Source: Candidatus Moraniibacteriota bacterium (lineage in GTDB: Bacteria > Patescibacteriota > Minisyncoccia > Moranbacterales > UBA1568). From it: a stretch of 64,000 nt of DNA. The DNA is taken from contig CP064994.1 in the NCBI GenBank assembly GCA_016699975.1, forward strand, positions 848,311 through 912,310. The letters are read 5' to 3'. A program made the position numbers and the translations under genes. This document shows, in pieces, positions 19,553 to 30,242 of the stretch. How positions within the stretch are numbered: the stretch's first letter is position 1; the number at the start of each line of letters is the position of its first letter. The notes beneath the pieces were generated by a model. That model ran no database searches. It was not told the origin of the DNA and saw nothing but the letters and a program-made list of their open reading frames with translations.

Positions 19553-22500
19553 ATGCCCTTCGCTCACCTTCACGTTCACTCGCACTACAGTCTTCTGACC
19601 GCTCCCGCGAAAATTGATGCACTTCTTGATCGCGCGAAGGCACTCGGTATGGAGGCGCTCGCGCTCACAGATTACAGCGCGCTCTATGGTGCGGTCGAGC
19701 TTTCGGTTAAAGCGAAAGAGCGCGGCATGAAAGCAATTATCGGTGCCGAAATATATGTCGCGAAAGACATGAGGAGTCGCACTTCGAACGAAGACCGTCG
19801 GCGCTACAACCTCGTACTCTTGGCCGAAAATGAAGTCGGCTATAAGAATCTCATGAAGATTATTTCCGCCTCGCATCTCGAAGGCTTCTACTACAAACCC
19901 CGCGCCGACAAAGCGCTCTTGCGAACGTATCGCGAAGGACTCATTGCCCTTTCAGGATCCGTAACGGGCGAAGTGCCTTCGCTCATCATTGCAGGAAGTG
20001 ACGAGCGCGCGACGAAAGCGGCCCGGGAATACGAATCAATTTTCGGAGCAGGAAACTTTTTCTTGGAACTTCAGCCGCACCGCGACTACGAAAACCAGCT
20101 CCTCGCGAACGCGGGACTCGTGCGAATATCACAGGAAACCGGCATTCCGCTCGTTGCTGCAAACGATGTCCATTATGTGCACCCTGAAGAAGCCGAGCTT
20201 CAGGATATTCTGCTGTGTATTCAAAACAACTGGAAAGTTTCGGACGAAAATCGTCTCTCCCTTCGGCACCTCGACCTCTCCCTTCGAAGTCCAGAAGAGA
20301 TGCGCGCGTTTTTTGAAGACGTGCCGGACGCGTTCGAGAATGCAGCTCGTATTGCCGATCGCTGCGACGTGCATATCAAACTCGGGGAAACACAACTTCC
20401 CCACTTCGATGTGCCTGAGGGAAAAACCGCAGAAGTATATCTGCGCGAACTCTGTGAACAAGGCCTCGTGAAGCGCTTTGGCGACCGCGCGGGAGAGACG
20501 CACCGAGCGCGCATGGAATACGAATTGGGCGTCATCGAAAAAACTGGTTTCGCTTCGTACTTCTTGATCGTGCAGGACTTCGTAAACTGGGCGAAAAATA
20601 AAGGCATCGTGGTCGGCCCGGGTCGCGGAAGCGCCGCCGGCAGCTTCGTTGCGTACCTCACGGGCATTACGAACATGGATCCAATCGAGTATCGCTTGCT
20701 CTTCGAGCGATTTCTTAATCCGGAACGCATCTCAATGCCCGATGTCGATATGGATTTTTCCGACGACCGTCGCGACGACGTACTCAACTACGTTCGAGAA
20801 AAATACGGTCACGACCATGTCGCCCAAATCATCACTTTCGGAACCATGGCAGCGCGCGCCGCGATTCGCGATGCGGGTCGAGCGCTCGGATTTTCCTATG
20901 GTCTCTGCGACTCGGTCGCGAAACTCATTCCGCAGTTCCACACAATAGAGAAGGCACTCGCCGAAGCGCCGGACTTCAAGGCATTCACCGAGAAAAATCC
21001 CGATGCAAAACGCCTCGTCGATGTCGCCAAAAAGATCGAAGGGCTCGCGCGACACGCATCAATGCATGCCTGCGGCGTCGTTATCACCAAAGATCCCGTC
21101 ACCGAATACACACCCATCCAGAATATTTCTGGTTCCAAAGAAGGTATCGTGACACAGTACTCGTCGTCTACCAAGTCGAGTTACATCGAAAAAATCGGCC
21201 TCCTCAAAATGGATTTTCTCGGACTCAAAAACCTCACGATTATCCAAGACACCATCAAGATTCTCAAAGCGCTCGGAAAATTCGATGAGCTCGGACAGAA
21301 AATCGGACTCGATCCCAATTCTGCAACGACCGCCGAAATTATCGATCACCTCCCCCTCGACGACGCCGATACCTTTGCGCTCCTTCAGAAAGCAAGAACG
21401 ACCGGTGTCTTCCAGCTCGAATCAAACGGCATGAAGCGATACCTCAAACAACTTCGCCCGAGCGCGCTCGAAGATATCATCGCCATGGTCGCCCTCTACC
21501 GACCTGGTCCCATGGAATATATTCCCGACTTCATCGCCGGAAAACACGGTCAAAAAACAGTCGAGTATCTCCACCCGAAACTCGAACCCATTTTGGGAAC
21601 GACCTACGGCGTCGCAATCTACCAAGAACAAGTGATGCAGATCGTTCGCGACCTCGCGGGCTTTACCTTGGGCGAGGCGGATATTCTGCGAAAAGCGGTG
21701 GGAAAGAAAATTTTCGAACTCATTCGGGAGCAAAAAATAAAATTCGTAGAGGGCTGTGAGAAACAAGGCATTTCCAAATCAATCGGTGAAAAAGTATTCG
21801 CGTTCATCGAGCCGTTCGCGGGATACGGATTCAATCGCTCGCACGCCGCCTGCTATGCCCTGATCGGCTATCAAACCGCTTACCTCAAAGCCCACTACCC
21901 TGCCGAATTTATGGCAGCCCTTCTCACGAGTGATCAAAGCAATTCCGATCGTGTCTCGATCGAGGTCGCCGAAGCGCGTGACATCGGCATCGAAGTTTTG
22001 CCACCTTCCGTCAACGAAAGTTTCGAAGCGTTCGCCGTGATTCGCGGAGAAGATGGGATCGAGCGCATTCGCTTCGGTCTCAATGCCGTCAAAAATGTAG
22101 GAACGACCGTCGCCGAAGAAATCGTCCGCGAACGAAAAGCCAACGGTCCATTTCAAAACCTCACCGACTTTATCGAACGCGTTCGCGGAAAAGACCTAAA
22201 CAAAAAATCGATCGAAGCGCTCTCCAAGGTGGGCGCGCTCGACTCGTTCGGCGAACGAAAGAGTCTTCTTTCGAGTATCGATACCATTCTCCTCTACGCC
22301 AAAAACAGCGAAAAGGCCAAATCGACCCATTCCGTCAGTCTTTTTCGAGACATGCCGATCGAAACGAGCGAGATTCGGATTGCTCCGGTCCCGGAAGCTA
22401 CCAAGCGCGAGAAACTTCAGTGGGAAAAGGAATTGCTCGGCCTCTATGTGAGCGATCATCCAGCAAGCGACTATGAAGCATACCTCGCCCACGTGGCACT

Positions 22501-23089
22501 CCCTATTCATGAAGTCGAAAAACACCCCGAAGGCGCCTCGACTCAGGTAGGCGGTGTCATCTCCGCGCTTCGCAAGGCCTACACCAAAGATCAAAAAACG
22601 ATGTACTTTGCTACGATCGAAGACACTACTGGCCGCATCGAAGCGGTCGTCTTTCCGCGCGTCGCCGAACAAACGGAGTCGCTCTGGGTCGAAGAAGCCA
22701 TGGTAATCGCCGGCGGAAAAATTTCCCTGCGCGACGGCTCGCCCAAAATCATGGTGGAGCGCGCCGAACGCCTCTCTCCAGCATCAGTCGAGACCTGGAA
22801 ACGAGTTGCTCTCACCCGAAAAAAACATGAGGGAATTTCCAAAGCAGTACCTCCTCAAACAGAAGACTCGAAACCATCCGCTTCTTCGATTACGGTCAGC
22901 CTTCCCGACACAGCAACCGAAACAGATATCGAAATGCTCGCAACTTTACTTCGTTCGCTCTCTCCGGGAGACACACGCGTTTTCATTGAGCTTCGCAGCC
23001 ACGTCATTCGAACAGCATTCACGATTGCCTCCGATAGAGAAACGCTCGATCGTCTCCGCGCCTCAAGCCCAATGAGAGAAATACGATAA
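19553..23089 (+). CDS. dnaE: DNA polymerase III alpha subunit DnaE
   Basis: 1178 aa with a PHP domain ([11 protein letters not shown]), a polymerase core ([15 protein letters not shown]...), an HhH region and an OB domain. Confidence 0.9.
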   Translation: MPFAHLHVHSHYSLLTAPAKIDALLDRAKALGMEALALTDYSALYGAVELSVKAKERGMKAIIGAEIYVAKDMRSRTSNEDRRRYNLVLLAENEVGYKNLMKIISASHLEGFYYKPRADKALLRTYREGLIALSGSVTGEVPSLIIAGSDERATKAAREYESIFGAGNFFLELQPHRDYENQLLANAGLVRISQETGIPLVAANDVHYVHPEEAELQDILLCIQNNWKVSDENRLSLRHLDLSLRSPEEMRAFFEDVPDAFENAARIADRCDVHIKLGETQLPHFDVPEGKTAEVYLRELCEQGLVKRFGDRAGETHRARMEYELGVIEKTGFASYFLIVQDFVNWAKNKGIVVGPGRGSAAGSFVAYLTGITNMDPIEYRLLFERFLNPERISMPDVDMDFSDDRRDDVLNYVREKYGHDHVAQIITFGTMAARAAIRDAGRALGFSYGLCDSVAKLIPQFHTIEKALAEAPDFKAFTEKNPDAKRLVDVAKKIEGLARHASMHACGVVITKDPVTEYTPIQNISGSKEGIVTQYSSSTKSSYIEKIGLLKMDFLGLKNLTIIQDTIKILKALGKFDELGQKIGLDPNSATTAEIIDHLPLDDADTFALLQKARTTGVFQLESNGMKRYLKQLRPSALEDIIAMVALYRPGPMEYIPDFIAGKHGQKTVEYLHPKLEPILGTTYGVAIYQEQVMQIVRDLAGFTLGEADILRKAVGKKIFELIREQKIKFVEGCEKQGISKSIGEKVFAFIEPFAGYGFNRSHAACYALIGYQTAYLKAHYPAEFMAALLTSDQSNSDRVSIEVAEARDIGIEVLPPSVNESFEAFAVIRGEDGIERIRFGLNAVKNVGTTVAEEIVRERKANGPFQNLTDFIERVRGKDLNKKSIEALSKVGALDSFGERKSLLSSIDTILLYAKNSEKAKSTHSVSLFRDMPIETSEIRIAPVPEATKREKLQWEKELLGLYVSDHPASDYEAYLAHVALPIHEVEKHPEGASTQVGGVISALRKAYTKDQKTMYFATIEDTTGRIEAVVFPRVAEQTESLWVEEAMVIAGGKISLRDGSPKIMVERAERLSPASVETWKRVALTRKKHEGISKAVPPQTEDSKPSASSITVSLPDTATETDIEMLATLLRSLSPGDTRVFIELRSHVIRTAFTIASDRETLDRLRASSPMREIR

Positions 23090-23096
23090 AAAAATT

Positions 23097-24083
23097 TTGA
23101 TGGAAAAAAATGCTCTCCCCATTTCCACGGAGAAAACCAAGCTCCTCGCGATAGCAGGGCCGACCGCGTCCGGAAAATCGTCGCTTGCGATACGTATCGC
23201 CCGAGAAGAACACGGCGAAATCATCTCAGTCGACAGTCGACAAGTCTACCGCGGCATGGACATTGGTACCGGCAAAGTAGAGCAAGACGAGTCACCACAC
23301 GACGTCTTTTTTCCGAGGGCATTCGCCACCATCTTATCGATATCGTGAATCCCGAAGAGGAGTACAACATCTCGCATTTTTTGAAAGATGCGACAGAAAT
23401 CACGATGGAAATCGAGAAGAGAGGAGTGCTACCCCTCCTCTGTGGCGGAACCGGTTTCTGGATGGAGACGTTTCTCGACGAGGCGCCCATTTCTTCGGTT
23501 CCACCCGATCCTACCCTTCGAGCCGAACTTTCGAAAACACCGGCCGAAGATCTGTTCACGCTTCTCACCACTCTCGATCCAAATCGGGCAAAACAAATAG
23601 ATCGGCACAATCCGCATCGCCTCATTCGAGCAATCGAAATCGCTCGTGCCAAAACGGCTGGGCCCCACACGGCCGAACCCCCAACAAACGCGGCGAACAT
23701 ATCACACACCTTCGACATCTGCATCATCGCACTTTGCCCGCCCAAAGAAAATCTCGACGAAAAAAATAAGGGCACGTCTCGACGAACGCTTGTCGTGCGG
23801 CATGGTCGAGGAAGTGCAGACGCTCCACGAACACGGCATTTCCTGGGAACGATTCGAGTCGTTCGGACTCGAGTATCGTCGCATTGCAGAATTTCTCGAA
23901 GGGAAGCACTCTTTCGAAGAAATGAAAATGCGTCTCACCTTCGACATTCTTCATTATGCGAAGCGTCAACGGACGTGGCTACAAAGATGGCACCGCCGAC
24001 ATCCCATTCTCCACTTCGTCGAAACGACAGAAGCGGCAATCGAAGAAGTGCACCTCTTTCTTCATGGCGCCCCCAAAAAGTAA
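23097..24083 (+). CDS. miaA: tRNA dimethylallyltransferase MiaA, interrupted by two 1-nt homopolymer indels
   Basis: P-loop [14 protein letters not shown], ...HHLIDIV..., LCGGTGFW and a C-terminal helical region lie in three consecutive frames. The breaks fall in the T6 run at ~23305 and the A7 run at ~23762. Confidence 0.75.
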
Positions 24084-24105
24084 AAAGCCCGGAACCGCTG
24101 TTCCG
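24020..24105 (+). repeat. 86-bp direct repeat, copy A (miaA 3' end plus stop plus hairpin). Copy B lies at 26997..27082.
   Basis: 83 of 86 positions are identical to 26997..27082. Confidence 0.85.
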
Positions 24106-24406
24106 TATAATGGTCTGACAAATTCGACACCCCCATTTGTTGTTGTCGTATGAAAAAATCTACACCCCCAGCAGAAAGCATGGATGGCGCTTTCCGCCCT
24201 CCGAGGAGAACCGCTCTCCACACTTGGCAGTCTCCACCAGATTCATCCGAACCAAATTGGCAAATGGAGAAGGATATTGGAAGAATCCGCAGAACAACTC
24301 TTCTCCGATAAAAGGAAAAAAGAAAACCACGAAAAGTTCGCACAACTCGCATCCCAACACTCGCACCCCGATGTATCGGGGAGCGGGCGGGCGGGTTTCC
24401 ACCTAA

Positions 24407-26380
24407 CTATTGTCCGGCGCCTTGAATTTGCCAGTAAAAGTTTGTGCAGCTTGTGTCCCTGCAACCACAGCGCCAAGAGCCGCCCTGCACACTGCAGGTC
24501 ATCCCGACAAGATAGGTGGGAGACGCAGCACTTGCGGTTGAAACATTCGGATCGGTGATCGTCGCGGAGACGGGTCCTTGGCACCACTCGCCATTCAACA
24601 CTCCGGTACACGTACCGGTATATTGTCGCCATCCCGCCGTGACGGCATCGTACCAATAGCCTTTGGTGTAGACGATTCTCGTGGTGTCTCCCGTTATGCC
24701 GGTCGTGAGATTCACCGTGTCGGTGTCGGCGCTATTGCACCGGACATTCATCAGGTTCGTGCTCGTTTGAAACGCGTCGAATGGAGCGCCGTAAGAGTTG
24801 TAGGTGGCTTGGGAGAAGTTGGTGGTGGTGACGGTGTTGCAGGAAGTAGTCGTTGCGGATTCCCCGTTCAAGTATCGTTCAAGATTGGAGTAGCCACTCG
24901 TATGAATTGTCGGTCCATCGGAGGCATTGTTCGGGTTCAGACCTTTGACTGTCTCCCACTGATCGGGCATACCGTCGTGGTCGGTGTCGGTGCAGGCAGT
25001 GCCGGGGTCGATAACGGGAAAGCCGCCGACGCTATCTTCATTGACATAATAATTGCCCTGTAAGTTATGGTATTCACTAATAACTCTTCTATCTACCGTA
25101 TCGCGGTTTTCTACCCAGTTACCCATACAGTCGAGCCTATGTGAAGCGCCTACCGTAGGCAATACCTTGTTGTCGAGCTCGGCAGCGGATTGGGCTGTAA
25201 TCGGATATGGAAGCGTGGGAAGTGGTGTGGCGCGGCGATATTGGGCGGGAAGTACCCCTATCAGTTTGGCGGGTGTTTCCCACTCGTCAACTATGCCTTC
25301 ACTGGTCACTTCCCAGATCATTCCCCAGTCGTCGTTGGCGGGAGTCGGGTTGTGATAGCCGATATTGCCAGATGAGAATATGGACGGCGGACCAAGAGGC
25401 GTATCGGGCCCCGGTGTCGGACATACGTAAATTTCGTAGGGGATACGTCCCTGCCTCAGCGGACCAGCCTTATAGTAATTTCCAATAACGTCCAGATTAA
25501 CGCCGCCGATGAGTGCGGTGGCTGAAAATTTCCAATTGTAGATAATGTTATTTACCAGCCGGAAACTCTTGTTTTTTATCAACGGATTGCGATGGGTAGT
25601 GTTGGCCATGAAACTATGATGAATATCAATATTAGTCATATTTTCGGAAGCATTGTTGCCGGAACCCGTTAAAAATCCCTTCGAAAAATTGCTTTCATTG
25701 ACCAACATCAGCGGTTCGTACATCATTAACCATGAATAGGTAAGATTGTTTTGTGGCGCTCCCCACGAGCTCGCGTTTTCATCCGTTCCCCACGACAGAG
25801 ATACATGATCGTAAATCGAACTGGATGCAGCGGTACTTGAAGCAATATTGTCTCCTTCCGAATAACCCGTATAGCCATGGCGTATACGGATATACCGGAG
25901 TATAACATCGTGGGTATAGTTGGTGATGCAATTTCCTTGAACAAAATTTTTCCCCGAGATGGTAATGCCGCCGCCGGGAGCGGTTTGTCCAGCAATCGTG
26001 AGATACGGATTCCTAATTTCCAAACCTTTTTGACCACCCGATATATTGCAATTGATAATACCCGCCACCCTAAATACAATTGTTCGCGGTCCGGTCATCT
26101 CTACCCCTGCCCGCAGACTCCCCGGTCCCGAGTCATTGAGGTTGGTCACCTCATAAACAATGCCTCCGCGCCCGCCGACCGATTCCGCTCCGCCACCCTC
26201 GGCTCCGGGAAACGCGGGGATCGCCTGCGCATTCGCTGATGCAGAAGGAAGGAGGCTTGTTATGCAAAGGATAGACCACAAAAGAACGGGAGGAACGACA
26301 CTACCACCTGTTTGTCTGCATTCGTTCATACCGATGCCCGAAGGCGCTCTTCGCGCAGTGTTCTCCGAAGCTAAACGCAT
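24407..26380 (-). CDS. Secreted right-handed beta-helix protein, pectate lyase (PL1)-like, with a DxDxDG calcium-type motif and a C-terminal Cys-containing domain
   Basis: NIDIHHSF...HRNPLIKNKSFRLVNNIIYN matches the PL1 vWIDH/RxPxxR/NN.Y block. The DTDHDGMPDQWE motif and a signal-peptide-like N-terminus are present. Confidence 0.6.
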   Translation of the reverse strand: MRLASENTARRAPSGIGMNECRQTGGSVVPPVLLWSILCITSLLPSASANAQAIPAFPGAEGGGAESVGGRGGIVYEVTNLNDSGPGSLRAGVEMTGPRTIVFRVAGIINCNISGGQKGLEIRNPYLTIAGQTAPGGGITISGKNFVQGNCITNYTHDVILRYIRIRHGYTGYSEGDNIASSTAASSSIYDHVSLSWGTDENASSWGAPQNNLTYSWLMMYEPLMLVNESNFSKGFLTGSGNNASENMTNIDIHHSFMANTTHRNPLIKNKSFRLVNNIIYNWKFSATALIGGVNLDVIGNYYKAGPLRQGRIPYEIYVCPTPGPDTPLGPPSIFSSGNIGYHNPTPANDDWGMIWEVTSEGIVDEWETPAKLIGVLPAQYRRATPLPTLPYPITAQSAAELDNKVLPTVGASHRLDCMGNWVENRDTVDRRVISEYHNLQGNYYVNEDSVGGFPVIDPGTACTDTDHDGMPDQWETVKGLNPNNASDGPTIHTSGYSNLERYLNGESATTTSCNTVTTTNFSQATYNSYGAPFDAFQTSTNLMNVRCNSADTDTVNLTTGITGDTTRIVYTKGYWYDAVTAGWRQYTGTCTGVLNGEWCQGPVSATITDPNVSTASAASPTYLVGMTCSVQGGSWRCGCRDTSCTNFYWQIQGAGQ

Positions 26381-26606
26381 AAGAGGAGTCTTTGGGGAAA
26401 TAATACAATATTACGCGTTGTATTGGAAATGCGTGTGAATCTTGCCTTCTTCCTTCAAATAGGGTGCTATTCGTCTATGAATATCGACGAAACAGCGCGG
26501 GGGAATTTTGTGTTTCCCAATCCCAAGACGACCGATCCGAGTAAACTGGTCTTGCTTTCCTAGACAACGCTATTCGTTTTTAAAGGTAGATTAAAACCGT
26601 CAAACT

Positions 26607-26990
26607 TCACTGAAAGAATATCACGCTACTTTCTCTTTGAGAAATACACTTCCGCCGGTGTCCGATACTCGATCGATTGATGCAATCTCCGCTCGTTGTA
26701 AAACGGAAAATACTGATCGAGTCCTTCTTTCGCTTCCTTAAGAGTTCCGTATTCATGAAGATATACATCCTCGTAACTTCACCGTTCGTCAGAGCCGTTC
26801 GGTAAAGATATTGTCCATGCATCGTCCCCGTCCGTCCATGCTGATCAGAATGTTGTTTTCTTGGAGAGTCCCGACATATTCCTCGCTCGTATACTGCACT
26901 CCCTGATCGGAATTGTGCATTTCCGGTTCTCCCTTTTCCAAGGCATCATTGGGTGTTTCCGTACAGAATCTTGTTTCCAAACTCGGAGAA
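26607..26990 (-). pseudogene. IS3-family transposase (integrase core, rve domain) C-terminal remnant with multiple frame breaks
   Basis: The minus-strand translation gives ...EMHNSDQGVQYTSEEYVGTLQENNILISMDGRGRCMDNIFTERL... and then ...YEDVYLHEYGTLKEAKEGLDQYF..., which are typical IS3 OrfB C-terminal motifs. Confidence 0.6.
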
Positions 26991-26996
26991 AGTTTC

Positions 26997-27082
26997 CACG
27001 AAACGATAGAAGCGGCAATCGAAGAAGCACACCTCTTTCTTCATGGCGCCCCCAAAAAGTAAAAAGCCCGGAACCGCTGTTC
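26997..27082 (+). repeat. 86-bp direct repeat, copy B (with a complete 9-bp stem hairpin GCCCGGAAC/GTTCCGGGC)
   Basis: Matches 24020..24105. Confidence 0.85.
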
Positions 27083-27117
27083 CGGGCAGAAAATACAATA
27101 TTCAAAATGCAAATTAC

Positions 27118-27854
27118 TCAAAGCTCCTGCCTCTTCATCAAACAAGATCTCCTTACAAAATTTCCCTGAAGCTCTTGTAACCTTCCAAAAATTTGCCGGA
27201 CCTCCTCAACGCTCGGAGGATTTTGAAAGGCTCTCGAAAAGTGTGCCTGAATATTGCAAATCCCTGCAGAACAGCAGGTCATTCCATATTCACCTGCAAT
27301 ACTCCGCAGTTCTGGAAACTGACAGCAACGCCCTTCCCTCCTATCGGCAGGACAAAAATCTCCTAAAGGAGAAAGGATCTGTTGCGAATGAGAAGTTAGG
27401 ATTTGTATTGAAGTTCCCATAAACGTGCCTCCTCAAACATATGAAATGGAATAGTCACAATACCCACAAACTCGCGAATTCTCGGAAGCATACTCCACAC
27501 TCTCTCACGCGAAATCTGAGGAAAGAGACACTCCTCAGTTGTTGAAAGTTTGATAAATTCCCAGAGAGAAAAATCCTTTCCATCGATCCCAAGCCCCGGG
27601 TATGTCTTTCGTATCCAATTCACCCATTTGCTGAAAGGCTCTATGGTAATGCCAACAATCTCATCGCTTTCCGCCAAAAGCGCTGAGAAGTACCACCCAA
27701 AAGACTCGTGTACACAAGGGCAATCTCGGGTTTTATAACTGAGAGTATCCATTCCCTCCTGCCACAAAATATGCGGCTTAAATTCCGGGAATTCAAGTGG
27801 GACATGTTTTTCACCACCAGACAAAACGAGGAGCAGTTCATGAAAATCAGTCAT
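27118..27854 (-). CDS. Hypothetical protein with a Cys-rich C-terminal part (CPADRREGRCCQF...MTCCSAGICN). Two overlapping ORFs suggest one gene with a frame break near 27400.
   Basis: ORFs 27396..27854 and 27118..27420 overlap by 25 nt in different frames. No recognisable family. Confidence 0.3.
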
Positions 27855-28253
27855 ACACTCACCTTGGGTTTCCCCACAAATATATGTTGTTAAGATACAA
27901 AAAATCCGCCACAGAGGCGGATTTCACGCTTTCAAAATATGAGAAATTTTTTTGTTCTTTGATCTCATTGATTCCTATTATTGCTTGAATGGTTTTCTGT
28001 GTCAACAGAAATAACTCAAACAAACTTTCCTTATCAAGGGAGAGAGAAAAAGGGGCCACTGAGACTGAGCATTTAACTGATGGGGCATGCTTCGCCTGTG
28101 GCGTTCATTGTCACGGGTTCTCAAGTATGAAATCAATCATGAAACACTTTCTCAAAGCTCCTTTCAGCGCACGATGTGTTTTGAACTGAAGCTCCAAAGC
28201 ACAGATTCAATATTTCCTGTTGGGGAGAGGCCATGTACGGTTTCGTTATTTCT

Positions 28254-28793
28254 TCACGATGCGTATTCATTCATTTTTTCCATGAGTAACTTCTGTAAAT
28301 CGTCAAATCCCATCTGTAATGTGTGAGAAGAAATACACAGGGGTGAACCATAGTTTTTGTAATTCATTTTCATGACATTTCTTTTGAACGGGTTTGCTAC
28401 TTTGTCCAAGTAGTCTTGTGGGTTTCTCACGATGATCATTAAAAGATCCTGATTCATAACCTTCGATATTCTAATTTCTTGAATATCTGTCCAGGGAATG
28501 AGCCCGACTGATATACCGCTTGAGTTGTCTGTAATGCCCTGCCTGCTGAGCACGAGCCCTGGTTTCTTATCTGAAAATTTGCGAAAGAGTATTCCTGCAA
28601 CCAGTCCAAAAAATATCACTGATACCAGTCCCGCCACAAAAATCACTGTCCGGTTTCCAAAAAGCCAGTGATTCGTTGTCGGTGGATGTACGAGAAACCA
28701 AAGTCCCAGCGCCACAAATACAAGAGAGCCGAGAAAGGCCAAGATCAGTTTCGTCCTACTCAATGGAATTTCAATTCGTTCTTCTCTGGTCAT
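28254..28793 (-). CDS. Membrane protein with two N-terminal TM helices and a PH-like C-terminal domain (resembles the STM3941/bacterial PH domain family)
   Basis: Two hydrophobic helices (LILAFLGSLVFVALGLWFLV; VIFVAGLVSVIFFGLVAGILF) are followed by ...GLVLSRQGITDNSSGISVGLIPWTDIQEIRISK. Confidence 0.4.
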   Translation of the reverse strand: MTREERIEIPLSRTKLILAFLGSLVFVALGLWFLVHPPTTNHWLFGNRTVIFVAGLVSVIFFGLVAGILFRKFSDKKPGLVLSRQGITDNSSGISVGLIPWTDIQEIRISKVMNQDLLMIIVRNPQDYLDKVANPFKRNVMKMNYKNYGSPLCISSHTLQMGFDDLQKLLMEKMNEYAS

Positions 28794-28939
28794 ATTGATT
28801 CATGTTTATCTTCTCACTTCTTTCCGTGTCGCTCTCGAGCGCAACCTCACTCTCTACGGCTTTACAGGAGCTGATGATATAAAATACATACACTTAAATT
28901 GAATTGAATACAATTTAATTTATTTTGCATCTTACTCAT

Positions 28940-29516
28940 TTAGAGAGAAAGTGACTTTAAATCTTTCAAAAGACTTTTAACAAGAGACTGCAAAATCCTT
29001 TTTTCCTCCTCATTCAAATTTATTCTTTCTGATTTTACAAGTTCCTCCTTTAAATCCTTGAATCTCTCTTGAGATATATCGGAAGCAGACAGGATATCAG
29101 AGATACTCTTTCTTAAAATCTGCTGCGCTTCTAGAGGAATATCATCAGAAAAACTCTTTACTCCTTCCGCAACAATAATTGGCAACCCTTTCAGGCAGGC
29201 GTATGCCATCTCCGTTCCTGCACTGTGTCCCACATATCCGTCAACGTTAGCCACATACAAAAAATCAGCCCTGCGTATCTCTCGCATGAAATTCATTTCG
29301 AGCCTGTGGGGGGGGCGTACTCGGGTCATCCGTCGCAAGAAGAACAAATTCTTCATTTGGGTCAAGAATTTCTTTGGTTGTTGGGGAAAGAACTTTTATG
29401 CCAGCCTTTTCAAAATTTTCAATGGCCTCTCCAATTTTCTCCATGTGCTTACGAAAACTTCCAGAGACAACGGTTTCCGGGATTTTGACTGCATGTGGTT
29501 TTCTTTCGAAATTCAT
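28940..29516 (-). CDS. Nucleoside 2-deoxyribosyltransferase-like protein, frame broken at a G8 run (~29306-29316)
   Basis: ADFLYVANVDGYVGHSAGTEMAYACLKGLPII matches the NDT-family core (AD.V.AN.DG...GT..E.G.A...GKP.I). The N-terminal part (ORF 29265..29516) and C-terminal part (ORF 28940..29365) are in different frames. Confidence 0.5.
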
Positions 29517-29760
29517 AATAACAAAAAATTTTTTACACCGAGAGTAAAATAAGATTTCTCAATAAATCAACGATACAATTTATTTCTTCATCAAATCTTT
29601 TATTGCATCTTCAACTCCACCAATTGTCAAGTCATGCATTGAAATAATTTTACTCACTGCTTGAATTGTACCAGAGTCATCTCGACCTTTCCATTCTTTC
29701 TGAAAAACTGGACTTATCCAAATGATTCGTTCATCAGCAGGTAAACAATTTGATTCATAG

Positions 29761-29967
29761 CTATTTCAAGAGTTCGTTAACTGGAACGTCCAACGCATTG
29801 GCAAGGTTAGTAATAGTCGAAAGAGTTGGATTTGTTTTCCCGTTCTCGATGTTGCTAACAAAAGACCTGTTGACTGCTAATTTCTTAGCAATCTCAATTT
29901 GGGTAACACCTTTCTTTGTTCTGATCTTCTTGAGATTTTCCCCAAGCTTTTTCGAGTAGTCTTCCAT
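29761..29967 (-). CDS. XRE-family helix-turn-helix transcriptional regulator (68 aa)
   Basis: LKKIRTKKGVTQIEIAKKLAVNRSFVSNIENGKTNPTLSTITNLANAL is a canonical HTH_XRE. Confidence 0.7.
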   Translation of the reverse strand: MEDYSKKLGENLKKIRTKKGVTQIEIAKKLAVNRSFVSNIENGKTNPTLSTITNLANALDVPVNELLK

Positions 29968-30242
29968 AAAAAGAGTATATCACATTTGTTGTATTTTACT
30001 ACAACAAGACAATGCTTAACAAATGTAACCAAAGCATACAGAATGACTAAAAACCGGCTCACTGTTATGCAATAAATTACTAGTTTTACATAGACTTAGC
30101 AAAAACAGCTATCTGCGTCATCAATTAATATATGGAACCCTATACCACAGCCAGAATCAGCGATGAAGATGATTCTCTGTAGTCAGGCAAAACTGGAAAA
30201 TGACAACAAGTATTAATGTAAAACGAGGGCTACGAACGAGAG

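Larger units (their letters stand above)
17181..19727. repeat. Copy 2 of the ~2.54-kb segmental duplication. It is contiguous with the full dnaE gene and is therefore probably the original locus.
   Basis: See copy 1. This copy continues without a break into the complete dnaE ORF at 19553. Confidence 0.9.

Noticed and set aside
24137-24656. Several 80-140-aa ORFs between miaA and the lyase gene
   Set aside because: They overlap the 3' end of the well-supported minus-strand lyase ORF or lie in the terminator region. They have no homology and are low complexity.
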